The notes under the pieces are model-generated. The model was not told the origin of the DNA. It ran no database searches and saw only the letters and a list, made by a program, of their open reading frames with translations. A DNA stretch of 64,000 nt from assembly GCA_965649765.1 (NCBI GenBank), contig OZ287752.1, positions 80,104,001-80,168,000 of the forward strand, given 5' to 3'. The translations under genes were made by a program, and so were the position numbers. How positions within the stretch are numbered: position 1 is the first letter of the stretch; each line of letters begins with the position of its first letter. This DNA comes from Bispira polyomma. Its lineage: Eukaryota. This document shows positions 55,480 to 64,000 of the stretch, in pieces.

Positions 55480-55780
55480 ACAATGTAATTGAGGGCCATG
55501 TTGGAAAGGTTTGGTTGAACCTTGAGACTTTTAAGATTTTACCTAAAAGACGAATGTTCCTTCCTGTCCTGATGTGGAGATGGCTGGGATGGCTACTTAA
55601 ATTGGCAATCCTTTGTCACTGAGTACTATCTTCAGTGGCACATTAAAGATTCTTGTAGACATTGATAAAAGGTCATCCTCAAGCAACCCTTGGCGCCCAT
55701 AGTCGCTGCCCATGAGGAAGCGCATTTGTAAGGATGTTGTGTTTTGTAAGTGCTCTATAACAAATGTCATATTTCATATA
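55480..55780 (+). mobile_element. SINE remnant with Deu/Nin-like core and L2-type tail
   Basis: CAGTGGCACATTAAAGAT core-like motif; AAGCGCATTTG..GCTCTATAACAAATG tail. Confidence 0.45.
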
Positions 55781-55839
55781 TTACCATCCAGTTTTGCATA
55801 GTATACACACATACCTTGTAAAGGAAAGATTGAGTAAAA

Positions 55840-56450
55840 CAATTCTAATATTCTTAAGCAGCTAAACAGGTTAATATTTAGTCAGTTGCATTTGTTTGGA
55901 TCTATTTCCAATGATAAAGAATTCAGTGTTGTCTGGGTTTAACTTTAGCTTGTTTGAGAACATCTAGGATTTGACGTCATTGAGACTCTTGTTTAGAGTA
56001 TCTATTATTATACTAAAACTCACGGGGGTAAGATATATGTCAAGCTGTGTGTCGTTCGCATAAAAGTGCTTTTGCTATTTCTGTGGGCAGCAATAATACT
56101 GCTAAGGAGGCTAGCATATAAAGAGAAAGTATGGGTCCCAGGACAGAGCCTTGGGATATTCCAAAAACATTGAACAGTAACTTTGGATAAACCGGAGCCA
56201 ACCTATGATATAAACCATACCAAGGCTCAACCTATGATGCCAAACCCAGATTTAAGTCTATGAAACAATATGGAAGGGTCCATAGTATCAAACGTTGCAG
56301 AGAGATCAAGTAGGACCAGAGCAGATGTATGACCGTTGGTTATGGCGGGCCTAAAATCATTTTCAAGGTTTAACAAAGCTGACTCAGTTGAATGGAAAGG
56401 TTTGTATACAGTATAATATTTGGTTTAACATAGTTTGTATGAAGCCATTA
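55840..56450 (-). mobile_element. L2/CR1 reverse transcriptase fragment
   Basis: Minus strand: PFHSTESALL, LVLLDLSATFDT, GISQGSVLGPILFSLY, HFYANDTQL, KLKLNPDNTEF. Confidence 0.88.
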
Positions 56451-56504
56451 TGAAATTGAATAAGTCACCCGTAGTGTTTGTTTTATTGACTCCAGCTATA
56501 TGCA

Positions 56505-56640
56505 ACCGTCCTACCGACCTACGAAAAGTACCTGGCAAACTTTTCCAAATATAAAAAAGCAATGGTATTGAATCCCACTGTATTCAGGGGCTAGTGATAT
56601 TAAAGCAAATGCTTATAACCACTAGGTCACTCCAAGGCCC
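56505..56640 (-). mobile_element. SINE 5' half (family of 3865-4095)
   Basis: GTGACCTAGTGGTTATAAGCATTTGCTTTAATATCACTAG aligns with 3875-3915. Confidence 0.65.
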
Positions 56641-57814
56641 ATGCTTTGACTTTTAAATTTCCTAAAATACATGGCTTCTATTTTTAACAAAATGTTCTTT
56701 AGATCTAAGTGGCTCTAGTATTCAACAGGCGGATACCTAGGTACCCGGTTCTTGAATAATTTGGTATTTTACTTTATGTAAACAAATATTGCGCCAGAAA
56801 AAAAAACTTGAATATTTTTCTAGCTTTGTTGAGAAACTACTGCCAATTTAAAAGGTTATAAATGAAATAATGACGTTCTAAATCATAATCCCATATGTAT
56901 ATCTATATATATGTACATTGCTATAATATTTCAAATGGTCTCTCTGTGTTTTGTTAAGAGGAATATTTAATTTTGCTAGCGTGTTTTAAGAAGTAAAATT
57001 TTAAAAATCATTAGAAATTTAAATAATTGTTACTTTGGTTGGTAAATATATGTTAAATGCATCTTTCTACTGTTGGTTTGCCCTTTTAATAGATTTTTAT
57101 GAGATAAATGATGTTTAAAGGGGCCACACAGTTGCACCCAATAGGAATCAGGTAGGTTTTCCATAGTGGGGTACCCGGGCACCCGTTGAGATCTCTGGGT
57201 AAAACCCAAAACCCCAGAGTCTCTCCCACACTCTACCTTCTAGTTTTAGACTCAGACCCAACAGTTGGAGACAGTGACAAATGAAGTAAATGACTCGGGG
57301 TAAAGCTAGATGGATATACACCTTTCCCCGAATTAATATAGATTGATCTGGACTAGAAGCCTACCCCAGGAGGTGATTAATGGGCTCATATCAAGGGGGA
57401 TTAGGCACTTTAGTCCTCTTTTACTCCATATGCAATAGCCAAAAATATCCTCAAGGGCCTCATTTTAATGACAAATACTTGACAAGCGACCGACTTCAAA
57501 TGTTGCCTGTCCTACTGTTTTATTGCTCTCCGCTCGTTGGTTTCACTATTTAAGGAACTTTAATGGAGAAAAATTGTATTCATTTATTTTTTCCTGTTGA
57601 ATTATTTTCAAAAACTTTCATCCCCAGAGTCTTTTTAAATAATTTTCAGCCATTAATGGTCCTTCTAAATAACTTTGAAATTTACTTTATTATGTCAATT
57701 TTTTTGCAACAAATTGTTTTTTAACCCATAAACCACATACTGTATCCATTTGAATTAAATGGTTTAATGTAGCAACTAGCTGCAGTATTTACAGCATACT
57801 AATGTAACAATTAT

Positions 57815-57980
57815 TTTGACCTCCACTACAGAGCTGGTGTTCAAGGAGGTTGTGTTCACGCCCCCCCCCCCTGTCTGTTGGTGGGTGGATTTGAGGAGGT
57901 GTATGTTTGTAAACTGTGTTTGTCTGTCACTAGGATTATAGAAAAACTACTTCACTGAATTTACATAAAATTTGGTATGA
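57815..57980 (+). mobile_element. HINE-like fragment
   Basis: GTTTGTCTGTCACTAGGATTATAGAAAAACTACT..AAATTTGGT resembles the 26313 element core. Confidence 0.5.
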
Positions 57981-58039
57981 GCAAAAAAATAAACTTTTTC
58001 ACCTGATTCGGTAGAAGTAAAAATCCAGTATTGTACAGT

Positions 58040-58163
58040 ATCGTGTACCCATTTATATACCTCGGTGGAGGGGGTCCAAGAGTATAATCTCCAGGCCAGC
58101 AGCAAGGATCAAAACTGGGCTTTCAAATCTAAAGTCAGACACTCTAGCCGCTAGGCCATAGAC
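58040..58163 (-). mobile_element. tRNA-derived SINE with Meta-like domain
   Basis: Minus strand TGGCCTAGCGGCTAGAGTG head and CTCCACCGAGGTATATAAATGGGTAC core. Confidence 0.55.
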
Positions 58164-58954
58164 ATTACATATAATGTAACAAAAATTTAGAGATGAGGAT
58201 ACTGATGAGTACGATAAACTTGATAATGAAGATACTTACAATTTCAATTTAATTTCTGACAATTGTACTGAAATATTAACTGTAATAGCAAATATATATA
58301 TATATATATATATATATGAGATTTACTGAAGCAGAAATTATTCTGTTTTCTCACCCCTTTCTGTCAGCAGGTCATATGACTTATGACGTCATAAACTAGG
58401 CCCTCTCTGACACATTAAGGAGCCACAAAGATCACTTCTATAATAAGGGAAGTTACCTTTCACACAAATCACATTCTGTGCAGTCAGGGTGGGCGATAAT
58501 GGCCCCCTATTTCTATTACTTATGATTAATTTTATGACATTACAGTATCATTACAAAGCAGCCCTTTATTCCTTCACCGCGGCATATGTACTGTATCTCT
58601 TGTAAAAATTAAACATTTCTGTTTCAAATATTAATAATGAAGAATATTGATAGAAACTTTACTGCATATATTATGTATTCAGGAAATATAGAATTACAAG
58701 GGGCTTTTTTTCATTCTATGAAATTGGTTGACACCAGTAACATTAAATGCCATGAAATTGTTTTGGGAATTCGGTTTTTTGGACGTTAAGGATATGTGTG
58801 ATTATTTGGTTATATTATGTCAGGAGCAGGATTTTGGTAGCTTATAATGTCCCATTTCGAATACTTTGTAAACTAAAACCGAGCTGCAATTTGTTTTTAA
58901 ATAACTCGTAATTGTCATTAGCAAGTCATAGCATTAGCAAGTCATACTAGCCAT

Positions 58955-59470
58955 TGTATAGAATACAAGTTATTAAGTCATTCTTGCCACTGAGTAACTT
59001 GTATAGATAAGTTATTAAGTCATTCTTGCCACTGAGTAAATTGTATAGACAAGTTATTAAGTCATTTGTGCCACTGAGTAAACTTTATAGACAAGTTATT
59101 AAGTCATTCTTGCCACTGAATAAATTGTGTAGAATACAAGTTATTAAGTCATTCTTGCCACTGAGTAAATTGTATAGACAAGTTATTAAGTCATTTGTGC
59201 CACTGAGTAAACTTTATAGACAAGTTATTAAGTCATTCTTGCCACTGAGTAAATTGTGTAGAATACAAGTTATTAAGTCATTCTTGCCACTGAGTAAATT
59301 GTATAGACAAGTTATTAAGTCATTTGTGCCACTGAGTAAACTTTATAGACAAGTTATTAAGTCATTCGTGCCACTGAGTAAATTCTAGAGGCAATTATAA
59401 GGTCTTTCTTGCCACTGAGTAAATTGTATAGACAAGTTATTAAGTCATTCTTGGCACTAAGTAAATGGTA
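58955..59470. repeat. Minisatellite of 42/45-bp monomers with 129-bp higher-order structure
   Basis: About 12 monomers of ACAAGTTATTAAGTCATTCTTGCCACTGAGTAAATTGTATAG; TTTGTG variant at 59065, 59194 and 59323. Confidence 0.95.
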
Positions 59471-59672
59471 TATGTTGTATTAAAAGTAGATAACTGTAGA
59501 ATGTACACATTCCATGGCACAAACTGTTGAATGTGTACACTCAAGGCCATTTTGTTGCATGTGTAGATTCAACGATTTATCTGTGTAGAGTATACATTCA
59601 ACAGCTAAAACTGTTGAAAGTATACTCTCCATGGGCCGAGTAATTGAATATAGAGTAGAAAATCAAATGGAC

Positions 59673-59872
59673 NNNNNNNNNNNNNNNNNNNNNNNNNNNN
59701 NNNNNNNNNNNNNNNNNNNNNNNNNNNNNNNNNNNNNNNNNNNNNNNNNNNNNNNNNNNNNNNNNNNNNNNNNNNNNNNNNNNNNNNNNNNNNNNNNNNN
59801 NNNNNNNNNNNNNNNNNNNNNNNNNNNNNNNNNNNNNNNNNNNNNNNNNNNNNNNNNNNNNNNNNNNNNNNN
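59673..59872. other. Assembly gap (200 N)
   Basis: Run of exactly 200 N. Confidence 0.99.
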
Positions 59873-61796
59873 TCACACACAAAGATATCATGTCACATAT
59901 ATACAGAATACTCTCATGTGGGGCGTTTTAGCATGTACCATATATATAGTTGGAAAGATACAATGTACTTTTTATTATTAACTACTGATGTATTAAAGGA
60001 ATACTTAATTGCTCACTGCCCTCTTTTTACAAGAATATCAGACCAAATCGTGATAATCTCTTTTTGCAATGTGAAATCCAATCTCTTCTAATCCCACACA
60101 TAAAGAACTGGACATTTTGATGAAGTGATCTTTTTTGGATACCAAGTTTAGCCTTTTGCAGATACATATTTCAAGCTAAAATTAGCAATATTTTAGACAT
60201 GGATGAACATGATCAAAACAATTATACAATACGAATATGTGGGGCTTTGTCTGCCTCCAGCAAATAGTCATGTAAATGAGTTCAGTAGTTTTTGTTTAAA
60301 GGAAGTGCCAAAATAGGTGATAAAGTGTGGACTAGAAAGTCTGTATGTCCATTTAACCAATATGATCTGTACCAAGAGTCAATGGTAGACCTAGGTGGTA
60401 TAAAATAAGATTGTATGGTGGTGGTATTGAACACCAATAACACCACAGAACCATGTGGGCCCAGAGGATAGAATCATATACTTTACACCTTAAGATTTGC
60501 CTTTAGTTTAGCTGGGGTTATCATCACTTTTAGCAACATTCTCTTATATCCATGATGCGTGGGTTACTGTCTAATGTTTTTTTGCAACTGTATTATCCAC
60601 TGGCTTTCAGTCAGTTTACATGCATGCCAAATTTTATAATATCACAACAGTTTAAACTGGTAAATGAAGCCTGAAAAACATTAGTTGGGTTAAATTTCTG
60701 AACTGCAAACCACAAACATTCAGCAAGTCTATTACCAAGCTACAGACATACATGCCAGCGCCGAGATCTGGAAAACCATGAACGCTAACTCCATTAAGGC
60801 CCAATACGCCTTATAATCGATTGGCTCTCAATTCTGATGACACTGAGATTGAGTAATATAAGAACGTATGGCAGGTACTTGCTCTGGGCCTGTACACTAC
60901 TGGTTTCCACCAGAATCCTGAGATGTTTAAAAAGTGACAAAAAAATATGAAATCAACTCAACACTGGAAGAAAGCCAATTGGATATTCTGATAGAACATA
61001 TGGCCATGTATTTATCCGATTTTTAGGACAAGAAGAGATGTACTGAAGGTTATCAAATAAAAAGGCATCTTCAAAACTGTGGCATATTTTTTTATTACAA
61101 AAAAATGCTTTACCTCATGGTTTATTGCTAATTGGCTTCAGGCTATTGCCAATATTGTCCCCCCACTCCCCCACCAAAAATAGTCTGTTGAACTCCAGAA
61201 TTGCAACAGGCACATCATTTAGGAGGCTCAACTTATTGGCCTTTGGCAAGAGTATCATTTGTAAAGCCAGCCCACTAACCCCAAATCTTACAGCTCACCC
61301 GTCAATTGCGCTTATTATCCCTTATGCTGCATTAATCTCTGCACAGAAATAATGATTTCACATCCATTCACACATTTGACAACTGACTCTGCTCAAGGTT
61401 ACAGTATCTTACTGGGACATTGCTAAGGTTGCCTGGAGTCTCTTTGTTGTAAAGGGGAAGCTATAGTGGCACTGCATCTATTTCTTTGTTCACAGAGACA
61501 GAAAAAGAGAGGGTTTTTTTTATTGGTGAGGGCAAATGTTTGAGTAAAACTTCATCCATTAAATGAAAAGTTGAATAAAAAACGTTGACAAAGTTTTGGA
61601 ATTCAGTGCACATAGTTGTTTCAACAAATTCTACGCCTTGTTAATGTGAAGACAAAGTATGAATTTAAGCTTCATAAATCTGGAGGCTTTAATGTGTCAC
61701 TTTTATTACTGGCAAACAATATAAATGTTTTCACTGACACGGGTAGTGTCATGAATTTCCAAATCTATGTGCTTATTATTTATTATTTATCTTTGT

Positions 61797-61915
61797 ATTT
61801 GAATTCAGTTGGGCTTTAGGTCACTTTTAACAGCCTAGGTCGTATCAAGGCTGCACGATTTAATGATGGAAAAGTCAGTGCTGATCGAAGCACTGTCAAC
61901 CACCGACCAACAGCT
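61797..61915 (-). mobile_element. SINE 3' half (family of 3865-4095)
   Basis: Minus strand GCTGTTAAAAGTGACCTAAAGCCCAACTGAATTCAAA matches 4057-4093. Confidence 0.75.
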
Positions 61916-62009
61916 ATTAGATTTATCTAGAAAGTTATTGTTAATTATATTTACAACAATACTTGTCATATCAATAATGAACATCTACTCCTCTTGTTGG
62001 TGTAGCTTT

Positions 62010-62485
62010 AGAGATGGCATCTCCACATGCCTTGAATATACCACAACTGCCTTGAATATGGCATCTACATATACCTTGAATATACTACAACTGACTTGAC
62101 TATGGCATCTACATGTACTTTGAATGTACTGCGCTTGCGTTGAATATGGCATCTAGATATATCTTGAATATACTACACCTGCCTTCAATATGACATCTAC
62201 ATATACCTCGAATATATTAAACCTGCATTGATTATGGCATCTGCATATGCCTAGAATATGACATCACTATATGCTTTAAATATGGCATCTACATATGCCA
62301 TCTACATATGAATGGAATATGGCATCTACATGTGCTTTGAATAGGCTACACCTACCTTGAATATGGTGTCTACAAATTTCTTAAATATGGTATCTACACA
62401 TGTCTTAAATATGGTATTTGCATATGCCTTGAATATGGTGGCATCTAGATATACCATCTACATATATCTTGCTTATGGCAGCTAC
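62010..62485. repeat. Degenerate ~20-24-bp minisatellite (TTGAATATGGCATCTACATATGCC)
   Basis: About 20 imperfect copies. Confidence 0.85.
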
Positions 62486-64000
62486 CACCAATACTAAATC
62501 TGTCTACTAACACTTTCATTTTATCTCACTTTATTTATACTTTGTCAACTTACAAGCTGAGAAGTTCTTTGTCAACGTCATTATTTTGACTTGGCTGCTA
62601 GATTCCCTTCAATAATACATGGGAAGAAAAAAAACACAAACACATGTGCTAGCAACTCATCATTAAATGCAGTAGTGATATCATCCATCCATACATCATG
62701 GCCATAAACATTCACTTGACCAACCCAGACCCAAAATTTCTCAAACTTCTCAAATTCGACAAAAGCGAATGTACAGAAGTCGCAAACATTCCATCAATGT
62801 GAAATTGCTTTCCTTTAGATATCAGAGTCAGAGTGAGGGATATACATCATTAAGAAAGGTAAATATATAAGAATAGAGTATATTGTAGAGCAATAATAGG
62901 TAATAGAAGAACACAGTAATTTTAGCAGATTGACTTCTACACCTATCAGTATCAGATGTGTCCAGACATTAGCATATATATTGTTTGTTTTTCTGAATAT
63001 ATTATTGTATTCTACATAATTCACAAATTTAACTAAACCTTAAATTTAACATATTTCTGGCTAGTAACTGCACATTTAAAGTCATTGCTGAAAGCCCTGT
63101 TAAAATGAATGGTTACAATGATAGGTTATTCCTAGACACAAGTATATGAACTAAAATATAGTAATCCAACACATAGTCTTTTATTTGCGTCTATCTTTTT
63201 GGCTATTATTAATGGTGTTGTTATCACAAATTTACATATCACTGGAGTTTTTTTATTGATAACAGCCTACCATAAAACAACCTAGCTTACCAGTTCTCCC
63301 ACCTTCACACATTCAGGGTTATTTTTGGGTATCCAATAAACCGTCCACAGCCATTCAGTATGACGTCACAGCTAAAGGCCATATCCACACCACCTTAAAG
63401 CACTTCCTTGTATTCATTTCTAACCACAATCACCCCTCATTCAACGAGTGTCTGCCAACTTCCCTTGATATTAAGGATTTCCGTAAAGTAAAAAAAACAA
63501 CAACAAAAAACACATACGTATCTCTCATTGCTATTTTTGGCTAATGTTTAATTAGTAATAGTAACAGACAATGTTAGTGAACATTTTACATTGTTAATTA
63601 TTGGAACAATTGGATGTATCATATATAAATGTATGATCTCAGTAATATTTCAACAGAAGTAGGATGTACATTGGTGACACATATCAGAGTTATGCAATGA
63701 CATTTATACTCTGGTGGGGAGTGCAAATCCCAGCACTCAGAACCAGCCCATAAAATACTTGGCTGTAAAAGAGACTGAGGCTAAAACGAGGTACAATTAC
63801 AACAAGGGCTGTGTCACTTGTGTATTACAATGGCAATGAGCATGTTTGTGCAGTAGGAGAATAACTGAATATAACTCCAAAACAAGAACATACGACAGAC
63901 AAGTTTGCATCATAGAATATTTACATAAAAACTAAAAATAAATGAAATAAAAAATAAATGCAGAGAGAAGAGCTGACAAAGATATTTTACTAGTGATAAA

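Noticed and set aside
59026-59388. 120-aa repetitive ORF
   Set aside because: Lies wholly inside the minisatellite, starts at TTG and has no splice or domain support
59598-59981. ORFs spanning the N run
   Set aside because: Artefacts of the assembly gap
63286-63480. Minus-strand exon-like segment ending at GTAAG
   Set aside because: Stops in all frames, no canonical AG acceptor, no recognisable product

Overview
AT-rich eukaryotic DNA, probably from a marine invertebrate, with one 200-N scaffold gap. I found no intact host gene, RNA gene or CRISPR array; the window is a graveyard of transposable elements. It holds four divergent, decayed tyrosine-recombinase (Ngaro/DIRS-type) retrotransposons (1-3.1 kb minus; 15.5-20.1, 22.5-25.5 and 41.8-47.2 kb plus), many L2/CR1 and RTE-X LINE fragments, several tRNA-derived SINEs and several MITEs. 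About 21.4-51.7 kb is a tandem array of roughly four copies of a ~5.7-kb unit that is itself a collage of TE fragments; two copies carry different YR retrotransposons at the same unit position. The least obvious signal, largely invisible to the ORF track, is a heavily frameshifted minus-strand relic at ~3.6-7.6 kb. Its motifs read in the order RAG1-like N-terminal Zn domain, RING finger, Chapaev-type transposase core, and three younger insertions interrupt it. All family assignments come from manual motif reading without database searches; boundaries are approximate unless TIRs or TSDs are given.
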